Counted from the stretch's first letter, positions 46,960 to 56,553 are shown. The stretch is DNA of 64,000 nucleotides from an uncultured beta proteobacterium (GCA_903893565.1 CAITMU010000025.1:642-64641), one strand, 5' to 3'. Notes: generated by a model not told the origin, from the sequence alone. Made by a program: numbers and translations.

Positions 46960-48291
46960 CTAATCCCGTCCGGTCTCCCGTAAGGCTTGACCGAGAATAT
47001 CGATGAGTTCATCAATCTGTGCTCGGCTGATAATCAAGGGTGGAGACAGGGCGATGGTGTCGCCCGTGGTGCGAATTAACAGTCCGCGCTCAAAGCAGCG
47101 TAGGTAAGCGTTAAATGCGCGTTGCGTGGGTTTTCCGGGTTTGGATTCCAGTTCGATACCCGCTACCAGGCCAATATTTCTAATATCCACCACATTGGGC
47201 ATCTCACGCAACGAATGCACAGCTTGTTCGAAATAGGGGGCTAATTCTTTTGACCGAGCAAAAAGCGCCTCTTTTTCATAAAGGTCGAGCGTGGCTTCTG
47301 CCGCCGCAGTGGCCAAGGGGTGTCCAGAATAGGTATAGCCATGGAATAATTCCACCCCAGCATCGGGGGCTGTATTCATGAGAGTTTCGTAGATATCTTT
47401 TTTGACGGCCACTGCCCCCATCGGTACGATGGCATTGGTCAGCCCCTTGGCAAGCGTAATGATATCGGGGGTGACGCCAAAGGTTTGTGCGGCAAAGGGC
47501 TCTCCGGTGCGTCCAAAACCGGTGATGACTTCATCAAAAATAAGTAATAACCCGTGACGATCACAAATGTCACGTAGGCGCTGTAAGTAGCCCTGTGGTG
47601 GTATGAGGACCCCTGTGGAACCGGCCATCGGTTCCACAATAACCGCTGCAATGTTGCTGGCATCATGGAGCGCGATGATGCGATTTTCTAATTCATCGGC
47701 CAAATGGGCGCCCCAGGCAGGTATGCCTTTGGAAAAGCCATTGTGAGCGACGTCGTGGGTGTGGGGCAGGTGATCGACCCGGGGCAGTAGGCTAGCGAAT
47801 TGCTTGCGGTTTGCGCTAATGCCCCCTACCGAAATACCACCAAATCCGACGCCATGGTAACCGCGTTCACGTCCGACCAGTAATTGACGTTGACTTTGTC
47901 CCCGAGCGCGGTGATAGGCCAATGCTATTTTAAGGGCAGTGTCGACGGCTTCTGAGCCAGAGTTACAGAAAAAAACATGATCAAGATCGCCCGGCAACAT
48001 CTGAGCGAGGCGATTGGCCAAGCGGAAACTGCCCGGATGCCCCATTTGGAAGGCGGGGGCGTAGTCCAGGGTTTGTGCTTGTTTGATGACTGCCTGAACA
48101 ATCGGATCTCGGCAATGACCTGCGTTGCAGCACCAAAGGCCGGAGGTGCCATCGAGAATTGAGCGACCATCATAGGATTGGTAATGCATATCTTTGGCCG
48201 ACACCACAAGGCGTGGGTTGGCTTTAAAGGCGCGGTTAGCGGTGAAGGGCATCCAATGGGCGTCGAGTGCGAGGTCATCAGGCTTTTGCAT
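46960..48291 (-). CDS. class III omega-aminotransferase (beta-alanine/omega-amino acid:pyruvate type)
   Basis: 443 aa. The N-terminus LDAHWMPFTANRAFKANPRL, plus NSGSEAVDTALK and DEVITGFGRTG, is very similar to what I remember of the Pseudomonas omega-amino-acid:pyruvate transaminase. Confidence 0.88.
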   Translation of the reverse strand: MQKPDDLALDAHWMPFTANRAFKANPRLVVSAKDMHYQSYDGRSILDGTSGLWCCNAGHCRDPIVQAVIKQAQTLDYAPAFQMGHPGSFRLANRLAQMLPGDLDHVFFCNSGSEAVDTALKIALAYHRARGQSQRQLLVGRERGYHGVGFGGISVGGISANRKQFASLLPRVDHLPHTHDVAHNGFSKGIPAWGAHLADELENRIIALHDASNIAAVIVEPMAGSTGVLIPPQGYLQRLRDICDRHGLLLIFDEVITGFGRTGEPFAAQTFGVTPDIITLAKGLTNAIVPMGAVAVKKDIYETLMNTAPDAGVELFHGYTYSGHPLATAAAEATLDLYEKEALFARSKELAPYFEQAVHSLREMPNVVDIRNIGLVAGIELESKPGKPTQRAFNAYLRCFERGLLIRTTGDTIALSPPLIISRAQIDELIDILGQALRETGRD

Positions 48292-48453
48292 GGTTTACTC
48301 TGGGCTTTGATTCGTTAGGAAGGAAAAATGATCGCTTATTTTACTCTGAGTAGGCCCTTGCATTGGGGGGTCTGACTTATAATCGTCGTTAGTGGTGCTT
48401 TTATGAGTCATTTCATTGTTTAACTCCATTGCCCTCTCTAAGCGATCAACGCG

Positions 48454-49296
48454 ATGACATCCATTGTTTGTTTAAGTTTTGATTTTGATGCGATTAGCGG
48501 CTTTATCTCGCGCGGTATGGTTTCGCCTTCGCCCATTTCCCGTGGTGAATTTGGTGCCAGAGTGGGGGCCGCCCGCGTTCTATCGTTATTAAAAAAATAC
48601 GATATTGCCTCTACCTGGTTTATCCCGGGCCATACTTTGGAGACGTTTCCTGAACCCTGTCAGGCGGTATTCGATCACGGGCACGAAATTGGTCACCATG
48701 GATGGACGCATGTACCCCCAGCCATGCAAAGCGCCGAAGAAGAAGAGGCGGGTTTGTTACGGGCCAATGAATGCATTCATCGATTGACTGGGCAGTATGC
48801 CAAAGGTTATCGATCCCCCTCTTGGGACTTAAGTGAGCATTCGGTGGCATTACTGTTAAAACACGGTTTTATCTACGATAGCAGCATGATGGGTGATGAC
48901 TACCATCCTTATCGGGTGCGTCAGGGGGATCAAATTAGTTTGCAGGCGCCAGCCATTTGGGGGCCGCCCAGTCAATTGATCGAAATGCCCATCAGTTGGT
49001 CGTTAGACGATTACCCGCATTTTGAGTTTATTCGCACGGCGCAGACGATTTTGCCAGGTAACATGAATGCGCATCACGTTTTGCAAAACTGGGTGGATGA
49101 TTTTTTGTATTTAAAACAAAGCCTTGAGTGGGGTATTTTAACCTATACTTTTCATCCGTTTGTGATCGGCCGCGGGCATCGGATGATAGTGTTAGAAAAG
49201 CTCATCTGTCAGTTAAAAGAGCAGGGGGCTGTATTCATGACCATGAGTCAGGCCGTAGAAGCCTACTTGCAGCACGATCAACGGGTGCCTGGTTGA
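48454..49296 (+). CDS. polysaccharide deacetylase (CE4 / NodB-fold) family hydrolase
   Basis: 280 aa. The CE4-like motifs are degenerate: LSFDFD, GHEIGHHGWTH and GYRSPSW. There is no signal peptide, so it is likely cytoplasmic. Confidence 0.75.
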   Translation: MTSIVCLSFDFDAISGFISRGMVSPSPISRGEFGARVGAARVLSLLKKYDIASTWFIPGHTLETFPEPCQAVFDHGHEIGHHGWTHVPPAMQSAEEEEAGLLRANECIHRLTGQYAKGYRSPSWDLSEHSVALLLKHGFIYDSSMMGDDYHPYRVRQGDQISLQAPAIWGPPSQLIEMPISWSLDDYPHFEFIRTAQTILPGNMNAHHVLQNWVDDFLYLKQSLEWGILTYTFHPFVIGRGHRMIVLEKLICQLKEQGAVFMTMSQAVEAYLQHDQRVPG

Positions 49297-49518
49297 TTCT
49301 GTCTCAATCCTGCTAGTCCTGTTTTGCTGGTAGTGTGGCCTTCCATGCTTATGGGAACTTACCCTCATGAGTATCAGGAGTATAGAGGGTCTTCATCGAC
49401 GTGGGCTGGAAGTGCTCGCCAGGTGGGGGGTAATAAAAAACATAGATAAATGAATCACTTAAGTGCATCTTTGTGAAGTCAATCGGATTTCATTTAAGAT
49501 TATATAATATTTTATACA

Positions 49519-49545
49519 GAACTTTATAGAACTTATAGTGTCCAT
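49519..49545 (+). promoter_or_regulatory. candidate sigma-E (AlgU)-type autoregulatory promoter upstream of rpoE
   Basis: GAACTT (49519-49524), a 16-nt spacer, then TCCAT (49541-45). This resembles GAACTT-N16/17-TCnnA. The GAACTT is duplicated 10 bp downstream. It lies about 130 nt upstream of the rpoE ATG. Confidence 0.4.
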
Positions 49546-49673
49546 TATAAAGGGTAAGGCATATTTTATTTTGTAAGAATTCTCAAGGAACCCAAGCTTA
49601 AGTAGTAACGTGTGAGTTTTACTCGTAAAATGCTAACAGGCCGTATTAAGCCCAAGATAATCAATAACAAGGG

Positions 49674-50285
49674 ATGGCGTTTATGGGTGGCGATCGCGAA
49701 ATCGACCAACAACTGGTTGAGCGCGCACAGCGGGGCGACAAGCATGCGTTTGAAATGCTTGTGCTCAAATATCAGCGTAAGTTGATTCGCTTGCTATCCC
49801 GCTTTATACGAGACGCCAACGAAGTTGAGGATGTGGCTCAGGAAGCTTTTATTAAGGCTTACAAAGCGTTACCCAATTTTAGAGGTGAGAGTGCTTTTTA
49901 TACATGGCTTTATAGAATTGGCATCAATACGGCGAAAAATTACTTGGTGGCCATGGGCCGGCGAGCACCGACTTCGACGGACTCCAATGCTGAGGAAGCT
50001 GAAGAGTTGGGCGAATCGGAGTTGTTGGTCGATGTCAATACCCCTGAAAATGAAATGATGAGTCGGCAGGTGGCAAAGACAGTGAACCAATCGCTAGAAA
50101 AATTGCCTGAAGACTTACGTACCGCTATTACTTTGCGTGAAATTGAAGGTTTAAGTTATGAGGAAATAGCCTTGATGATGAATTGTCCTATAGGTACTAT
50201 CAGATCGCGTATTTTTCGCGCGCGCGAGGCCATTGCGACTCAACTTCGTCCTATGCTGGATGCCGGTAAAGATAAAAGGTGGTGA
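49674..50285 (+). CDS. rpoE: ECF RNA polymerase sigma factor sigma-E (AlgU/RpoE)
   Basis: 203 aa. Region 2 (DVAQEAFIKAYKALPNFRGESAFYTWLYRIGINTAKN) and region 4 (LREIEGLSYEEIALMMNCPIGTIRSRIFRAREAI) are present. It is followed by rseA and rseB. Confidence 0.95.
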   Translation: MAFMGGDREIDQQLVERAQRGDKHAFEMLVLKYQRKLIRLLSRFIRDANEVEDVAQEAFIKAYKALPNFRGESAFYTWLYRIGINTAKNYLVAMGRRAPTSTDSNAEEAEELGESELLVDVNTPENEMMSRQVAKTVNQSLEKLPEDLRTAITLREIEGLSYEEIALMMNCPIGTIRSRIFRAREAIATQLRPMLDAGKDKRW

Positions 50286-50286
50286 G

Positions 50287-51000
50287 ATGGAAAAAATTTC
50301 AGCCTTAATGGATGGTGAATTAAAAGAGGAGGCCGCTGACGAGCAAATTTCTCTTGTTAAGCAAAACATTGAAAAGATGGACCATTGGCACCTCTACCAC
50401 CTCATTGGCGACACCCTAAGACACGAGAGCGCTTTAGACCAGAGCCACGCCAAGGTTTCGATTCAACCGGTCAGTCAATATTCGCCTTCGCTTTCCCCTT
50501 CCCCTAGGTCTAGCGACGCGAGTCCTCTTTTTTCACAGCAACGATTACCGCATTCGAATTTCAATCAACGATTGAGGGCTCGTTTGGCTGCTGAGCCAAC
50601 GATTTTAAGCCCCCATCCGGTGAGGCAAAAAACAATCGAACGCTCAGGCATTTCTTGGTTAGCGCCTTTTTTTGGAAAGACAGCCTTTAATAATTATCTC
50701 CTCGCCGCCGCCGCTTCAGTTACGGCCGTGGCGATGGTCAGTTGGGCGGTGCTTGAACTGGAAGCTGGGCCTCGTCCTGCGGTGAGCTTGGCTAAAAAGG
50801 CCATCGACAAAACCGTTCCCATGAATGAGCGTCAGGCTGTGATAGGCGTTTCGGCTAAAGCCTTAACGGCGCCCTCGGTAGAAGACCCCGGTTCGCAGTA
50901 TCTGCAAGAATACCTCTTGGCTCATCAAGGATTGTCTCCTTCGACCGCTATTCAAGGTGTGGCTGCTTATGTTCGCAGCGTCTCCTTTCAAGGGGATTAA
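50287..51000 (+). CDS. rseA: anti-sigma-E factor (RseA/MucA family)
   Basis: MEKISALMDGEL...WHLYHLIGDTLR is the RseA N-domain signature. There is a central TM segment (NNYLLAAAASVTAVAMVSWAVL). The ATG lies 1 nt after the rpoE stop. The track ORF from 50233 is an upstream extension. Confidence 0.85.
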   Translation: MEKISALMDGELKEEAADEQISLVKQNIEKMDHWHLYHLIGDTLRHESALDQSHAKVSIQPVSQYSPSLSPSPRSSDASPLFSQQRLPHSNFNQRLRARLAAEPTILSPHPVRQKTIERSGISWLAPFFGKTAFNNYLLAAAASVTAVAMVSWAVLELEAGPRPAVSLAKKAIDKTVPMNERQAVIGVSAKALTAPSVEDPGSQYLQEYLLAHQGLSPSTAIQGVAAYVRSVSFQGD

Positions 51001-51036
51001 TCTGAGATTGCTAATGCCTTATATTGTTATTCGATA

Positions 51037-52011
51037 ATGAAATACTGGTTAATTTTATCGATTTTCTTGGCGGGTCACTCTTGTGCCGCTGAGGACAATG
51101 AGGCCATTGATTGGTTAAAAAAAATGGCCGCTTCCAATAATAATGTGAGTTATGTGGGAACCTTTATTTATCAACATGGCGGTCGATTGGAAACCTCGCA
51201 TCTGACCCATCACGTGAGTCCGATGGGCGATGTATTTGAAAAACTCGAAACCTTGGATGGCCCTCCTAGAGAAATTATCCGTGCTAACGATAAAGTCACT
51301 GCCTATTTGCCAGATAGTCAAACGGTCATTGTTGAGAAAAGAAATCCACATCACCTACCCGTGACACTGCCTGAGAATTTACAAGAACTTAACGCGCAAT
51401 ATGAATTAAAAAAAACCCACTCTGAGCGTATCGTTGGATTTGAATGCCAGTGGATTTTTATAGCGCCCAAAGATAAATTAAGATACGGACGTAAGTTTTG
51501 TATTGAGTTTAATACCGGTCTGCCGCTTCGGGCGCAGGTCGTTAATGAAAAAATGGAAGTAATCGAGTCATTTGGTTTTTATCAATTACAGATCGATCAG
51601 GATGTGGCGGCCGAGTCTCAGGATTCTCTTTATGCGGTGGTGGCGAGAAACGAGAACTGGCGGATTGATCGATCGGCATTAAATATCACTGAAAAACCCT
51701 TTGATACGGGCTGGACCATTAAACCCTCGCCTCCTGGTTTTTACAAGAAAATGGAAGTCAAACGCACCGTTGCCGGACGTTTGAGTGCCATACCCCATTT
51801 AGTCTACTCCGATGGCTTGGCGGCTATATCGGTATTTATAGAGCCGAATCAAAGAAAAAAAATGACCCCCCCCTTGATTTCAAAAGGTGCCATCCACATT
51901 TATAAGAAGAATTACCAGACTTTTACCATCGTGGCACTCGGGGAGGTTCCGGCCAAAACCGTTATGATGTTCGCTAATTCTGTTCAATACAAAAAATCAT
52001 CAGAGCACTAA
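51037..52011 (+). CDS. rseB: sigma-E regulatory protein RseB/MucB
   Basis: 324 aa with a signal peptide. It has the typical WLKKMAASNNNVSYVGTFIYQHGG start of the MucB/RseB family. Confidence 0.88.
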   Translation: MKYWLILSIFLAGHSCAAEDNEAIDWLKKMAASNNNVSYVGTFIYQHGGRLETSHLTHHVSPMGDVFEKLETLDGPPREIIRANDKVTAYLPDSQTVIVEKRNPHHLPVTLPENLQELNAQYELKKTHSERIVGFECQWIFIAPKDKLRYGRKFCIEFNTGLPLRAQVVNEKMEVIESFGFYQLQIDQDVAAESQDSLYAVVARNENWRIDRSALNITEKPFDTGWTIKPSPPGFYKKMEVKRTVAGRLSAIPHLVYSDGLAAISVFIEPNQRKKMTPPLISKGAIHIYKKNYQTFTIVALGEVPAKTVMMFANSVQYKKSSEH

Positions 52012-52068
52012 ACCTGACTTATTTGCGATTGTTTTTTCATTTTCTAGAGATTTTTTACAAAAGCCAAC

Positions 52069-53481
52069 ATGATTAAAAATATTTTACTCGTTCTTTTATT
52101 TTGGGTGCCTTTACATTGTAAAGGTCAATTGCCAGATTTTACCGACCTGGTTGAAAAGCAAGGGCCTGCTGTAGTGAATATTAGTACGACCCAAACCAAC
52201 TCTCATTCGGGTGCTAAACAAGGTCAAGGTCAGGCGCAACCTTTTCCTAATTTACCTGAAGATGATCCTTTTTTTGAATTCTTCAGGCGTTTTAGTCCCA
52301 ATCCTGGGCAGACCCCTCATGAGGCCCCCGCCCAGTCGCTCGGGTCGGGTTTTATTATCTCGGCTGATGGTTATATTCTGACCAATTCGCATGTCGTCCA
52401 ATCGGCCGAAGAGATTACGGTTAAGCTCACGAATAAACGTGAATATAAAGCGAAGTTAATTGGCACGGATAGGCGCACGGATGTGGCGTTGATTAAGATT
52501 GAAGCCTCTAATTTGCCTCAAGTCAAAATCGGTGATCCGGCACGTCTTAGAGTGGGTGAGTGGGTGGTGGCGATTGGTTCTCCCTTTGGTTTTGACAATA
52601 CAGTCACCGCTGGCATTGTCAGCGCTAAGGGACGCTCGTTGCCCGATGAGAATTTTGTCCCCTTTATCCAAACCGATGTGGCCGTTAATCCAGGCAATTC
52701 AGGCGGGCCTTTATTTAATATGAAAGGTGAGGTTGTAGGCATTAACTCTCAAATTTATAGTCGTACGGGCGGTTTCATGGGGCTTTCTTTTGCTATTCCC
52801 ATTGACATGGCGACTGAGATTGCGGAGCAACTGAAATCCGGTGGCAAAATTACCCGTGGTCGCATCGGGGTCGTGATTCAGCCTGTGACCAAGGAGCTTG
52901 CCGATGGGTTTGGTCTGGCCTCTCCGAGTGGTGCACTCATTAACTCTGTGGAAAAGGGCGGGCCCGCTGAAAAGGCAGGCATTGAAGCGGGGGATGTCAT
53001 TTTGCGCTTTGATGGCAAAGCGGTGAACGCCTCGGAAGATCTTCCAAGAATTGTGGGCAATACTCGACCCGGCAGACAAGTGGTCGTGCAGTTATGGCGG
53101 AATAAAACCGCAAAAGAAGTGCGGGTCACGGTGAGTGAGCTCTCCGATGATGCGGTGGCTGGACGTGGTGGCAGAGGAGGGGCAACCCCCGCGCCGAGTG
53201 CTAGTCTTTATGGTATGGGCATTTCTGAGTTAAGTGCCAGTCAACGTAAGGAGCTAAAAATCGAGGGTGGATTATTAGTGGGAGAATTACAGGGCTCTGC
53301 TGTCAGAGCGGGGATTCGTCGCGGTGACATTATTCTGGCCGTGAACAATCAAGACGTAAAAACGGTTGAAATGTTCACTAAAATTATGTCGACTTTTGAA
53401 AAGGGGCAGATCGTGGCATTGTTGGTCAGACGCGGTAACAACTCGCTCTACCTGCCTTTTAAGATCGATTCGGCTAATTAG
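52069..53481 (+). CDS. degP: periplasmic serine endoprotease DegP/MucD (HtrA family, two PDZ domains)
   Basis: Catalytic triad contexts are TNSHVV, DVALIKI and GNSGGPLFN, followed by two PDZ domains. Confidence 0.94.
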   Translation: MIKNILLVLLFWVPLHCKGQLPDFTDLVEKQGPAVVNISTTQTNSHSGAKQGQGQAQPFPNLPEDDPFFEFFRRFSPNPGQTPHEAPAQSLGSGFIISADGYILTNSHVVQSAEEITVKLTNKREYKAKLIGTDRRTDVALIKIEASNLPQVKIGDPARLRVGEWVVAIGSPFGFDNTVTAGIVSAKGRSLPDENFVPFIQTDVAVNPGNSGGPLFNMKGEVVGINSQIYSRTGGFMGLSFAIPIDMATEIAEQLKSGGKITRGRIGVVIQPVTKELADGFGLASPSGALINSVEKGGPAEKAGIEAGDVILRFDGKAVNASEDLPRIVGNTRPGRQVVVQLWRNKTAKEVRVTVSELSDDAVAGRGGRGGATPAPSASLYGMGISELSASQRKELKIEGGLLVGELQGSAVRAGIRRGDIILAVNNQDVKTVEMFTKIMSTFEKGQIVALLVRRGNNSLYLPFKIDSAN

Positions 53482-53485
53482 AACA

Positions 53486-53758
53486 GTGAGTCAGAATCAC
53501 AGGGCACAGTTGGATAAGGTGACGTTGACGGTGTTGTCTCGTTCTTACTGCCACCTGTGCTCTGACATGGTTCTTGCCCTTGAAAATTTGCAATCACGCG
53601 TTGATTTCGCGTTCCATGTCATTGATATCGATGCGCAGACGCAATGGGAATCCGAGTTTGGAGACAAGGTGCCTGTTTTGCTCTATGAAGACCGTGAATT
53701 ATGTCACTATTTCCTAGATGAACCGGTTGTTACTGCTTTCCTCTCCCAATTACGATAA
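53486..53758 (+). CDS. glutaredoxin-like (thioredoxin-fold, DUF836-type) protein
   Basis: CxxC motif (SYCHLCS) and VPVLLYEDRELCHY. The start is uncertain: a GTG at 53486 just after the degP stop, with later TTG and GTG also possible. The track ORF from 53366 overlaps degP and is an extension. Confidence 0.75.
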   Translation: MSQNHRAQLDKVTLTVLSRSYCHLCSDMVLALENLQSRVDFAFHVIDIDAQTQWESEFGDKVPVLLYEDRELCHYFLDEPVVTAFLSQLR

Positions 53759-53781
53759 AATACAACAAATTAGCTAACCCT

Positions 53782-53820
53782 GGGGCGCCTTGAATTTTTC
53801 TCTGCGCCCCTTTGTATATT
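53782..53820 (+). terminator. terminator-like hairpin after the glutaredoxin-like gene, directly upstream of lepA
   Basis: GGGGCGC (53782-53788) pairs with GCGCCCC (53804-53810). The loop is 15 nt. The tail is TTTGTATATT. Confidence 0.5.
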
Positions 53821-53824
53821 GGCC

Positions 53825-55615
53825 ATGCAAAACATTCGTAATTTCTCCATCATTGCACATATTGATCACGGCAAGTCGACGTTGGCGGATCGTATTATTC
53901 AACGCTGCGGCGGACTTTCTGAGCGCGAAATGGAGGCCCAGGTGCTCGACTCCATGGACTTGGAGAGAGAACGTGGCATTACCATTAAAGCCCAAACTGC
54001 CGCATTAAGTTATAAGTCGCGAAGTGGCCAAGTCTATCAATTGAATTTAATTGATACCCCAGGGCATGTCGATTTTTCCTATGAAGTCTCAAGATCCCTG
54101 AGTGCTTGTGAGGGCGCATTGCTCGTCGTTGATGCCTCACAAGGGGTCGAAGCGCAGACCGTGGCCAATTGCTACACCGCGATAGAGTTAGGTATCGAGG
54201 TCGTCTCGGTGCTTAATAAAATGGATTTACCCCAAGTCGATCCTGATCGTGTGATTACTGAAATTGAGGACATTATTGGTATTCCCGCCAAAGATGCGGT
54301 CAAGGTGAGTGCAAAGTCGGGGATGGGGGTAGATGATGTGCTCGAGGCTGTGATCGAACGCATACCCGCACCTAAAGGTAACCCCAACGGCCCCTTAAAA
54401 GCCTTGATGATTGATTCTTGGTTCGACAATTATGTGGGCGTGGTGATGTTAGTGCGGGTCGTAGATGGACAGATTAAGCCCAAAGATCGCTTGCTGTTAA
54501 TGTCAACCAAGGCCTCCTACGTGTGTGAACATGTGGGTGTATTTACCCCTAAATCTCGCCCCCGAGATTGTTTGAATGCAGGAGAGGTGGGGTTTGTTAT
54601 CGCGGGCATTAAAGCGCTCGATGCGGCTAAGGTTGGGGATACTATTACCCTATTCGATCGGCCTGCCACTGAGGCCTTACCCGGTTTTAAAGAAATTAAA
54701 CCCCAGGTGTTCGCCGGACTCTATCCGGTCGAATCTAATGAATACGATGGATTAAGAGACGCGCTTGAAAAGCTCCACTTAAACGATTCTTCCCTGCGCT
54801 ATGAACCGGAATCTTCCACGGCTCTCGGTTTTGGATTTCGTTGTGGCTTTTTGGGTCTTTTGCACATGGACATTGTGCAAGAGCGCCTCGAACGCGAATA
54901 CAACGTTTCTCTCATTACCACGGCCCCGACCGTGGTCTATGAGGTCTTGCTCAATAACGGCAACACCATTGAAATTGAAAATCCTTCGAAATTGCCGGAT
55001 GCCTCGTTAGTTGATGAAATTCGAGAGCCTATTATCAAAGCGGCTATTTTGGTGCCACAGGAATACGTGGGTGTGGTGATCACCCTGTGTATACAAAAGC
55101 GTGGTGTGCAAAAAAATATGCAGTATCTCGGTCGTCAAGTGATGCTTACCTATGAGCTACCTTTGAACGAAGTGGTGATGGATTTTTTTGATAAATTAAA
55201 ATCCGCTTCACGCGGCTATGCTTCCTTAGATTATGATTTTTTGGAGTATCGTGCCGGTGACATGGTAAAGCTTGATATCCTGATCAATGGGGAGCGGGTC
55301 GATGCTCTGTCGCTCATTGTGCATCGTGAAAATTCGCAGTACCGTGGGCGCGATCTGGTCACTCGTATGCGGGGTCTCATTCCTCGCCAGATGTTTGACA
55401 TCGCAATCCAAGCGGCAATCGGTGCTCACATCATTGCCCGAGAAACGGTCAAAGCGTTGCGCAAAAACGTTTTAGCCAAATGTTATGGTGGCGATATCAG
55501 TCGCAAAAGAAAACTCTTGGAAAAACAAAAGGCCGGTAAAAAACGCATGAAACAGGTCGGTAATGTGGAGATTCCACAAGAGGCCTTTTTGGCTATTTTG
55601 CAAGTGGATAAGTAA
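53825..55615 (+). CDS. lepA: translation elongation factor 4 (LepA)
   Basis: [23 protein letters not shown] and DTPGHVDF motifs, with a LepA-specific C-terminus ([14 protein letters not shown]). Confidence 0.97.
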   Translation: MQNIRNFSIIAHIDHGKSTLADRIIQRCGGLSEREMEAQVLDSMDLERERGITIKAQTAALSYKSRSGQVYQLNLIDTPGHVDFSYEVSRSLSACEGALLVVDASQGVEAQTVANCYTAIELGIEVVSVLNKMDLPQVDPDRVITEIEDIIGIPAKDAVKVSAKSGMGVDDVLEAVIERIPAPKGNPNGPLKALMIDSWFDNYVGVVMLVRVVDGQIKPKDRLLLMSTKASYVCEHVGVFTPKSRPRDCLNAGEVGFVIAGIKALDAAKVGDTITLFDRPATEALPGFKEIKPQVFAGLYPVESNEYDGLRDALEKLHLNDSSLRYEPESSTALGFGFRCGFLGLLHMDIVQERLEREYNVSLITTAPTVVYEVLLNNGNTIEIENPSKLPDASLVDEIREPIIKAAILVPQEYVGVVITLCIQKRGVQKNMQYLGRQVMLTYELPLNEVVMDFFDKLKSASRGYASLDYDFLEYRAGDMVKLDILINGERVDALSLIVHRENSQYRGRDLVTRMRGLIPRQMFDIAIQAAIGAHIIARETVKALRKNVLAKCYGGDISRKRKLLEKQKAGKKRMKQVGNVEIPQEAFLAILQVDK

Positions 55616-55644
55616 ATCAACTTTATTAAAGACAGATAAATCCC

Positions 55645-56553
55645 ATGAACTTTCCTTTAATCATGTTTGTCATGTTGGTGGTCACGGGTGTATTTTGGCT
55701 TGGAGAGCAATTTTTGTTCAAGCCGCAGCGTGAAAAAAAAGCGGCTAAAGCGCTTGAGGCGATGAACGAACAAGTCGGCGAGGTCAATGATCCGTTAGAG
55801 GCGCAAAAACTACAGGAGGCGCGAGAGGCTTTGACAGCCTCCCACTTGCGTCAACCTTGGTGGTTAGAATATCCAGTGAGTTTCTTTCCCGTTATTTTGA
55901 TTGTATTCGTTTTACGCTCTTTTTTATTCGAACCTTTTAAAATTCCATCCGGTTCGATGCTGCCCACGTTATTGATCGGAGATTTTATTTTGGTCAATAA
56001 ATTTACCTATGGCATTCGTCTGCCGGTGATTAATAAAAAAATTATTGCCATTAATGACCCTCAACGCGGGGACGTGATGGTATTTCGATATCCTCAAAAT
56101 CCCAGCCAAGACTATATCAAGCGGGTCGTGGGTATATCGGGAGACACAGTGGTTTACCGCAATAAGCGTTTAACGGTTAATGGCGTGGAGATGAAGCTGG
56201 AGGCCGATGGGGAATTTAACTATGTCGAAGATGGACTGAATTTTACGGCCTCCGAACGCTATACCGAAACCCTCTCGCAGGTGCGTCATTCGATTTTATT
56301 GCAAAGTGAAATGCCCAGCGTTCATTTGGATGGTGTCATGAACTACACGTATCGGTCCAATTGTACTTATGAAGAAAGTGGCTTTACTTGCAAAGTACCA
56401 CAGGGGCATTACTTTATGATGGGAGACAATCGGGACCGCAGCAGCGATAGTCGATACTGGGGTTTTGTAGCGGATGAAAATATTGTCGGTCGCGCTTTTT
56501 TGATTTGGTTTAATTTTGATCAACTCAAACGGGCTGGCTCCTTTATTCCCTAA
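55645..56553 (+). CDS. lepB: signal peptidase I
   Basis: Catalytic Ser (IPSGSMLPTL), catalytic Lys (YIKRVVGISGD) and the GDNRDRSSDSRYWGFV box. Confidence 0.95.
   Translation: MNFPLIMFVMLVVTGVFWLGEQFLFKPQREKKAAKALEAMNEQVGEVNDPLEAQKLQEAREALTASHLRQPWWLEYPVSFFPVILIVFVLRSFLFEPFKIPSGSMLPTLLIGDFILVNKFTYGIRLPVINKKIIAINDPQRGDVMVFRYPQNPSQDYIKRVVGISGDTVVYRNKRLTVNGVEMKLEADGEFNYVEDGLNFTASERYTETLSQVRHSILLQSEMPSVHLDGVMNYTYRSNCTYEESGFTCKVPQGHYFMMGDNRDRSSDSRYWGFVADENIVGRAFLIWFNFDQLKRAGSFIP

Noticed and set aside
53366-53485. N-terminal 40-codon extension of the glutaredoxin-like ORF overlapping the degP 3' end.
   Set aside because: The extension is out-of-frame overlap with the well-supported second PDZ domain of DegP. 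The thioredoxin-fold core begins after the degP stop, so a GTG/TTG start downstream is more plausible.
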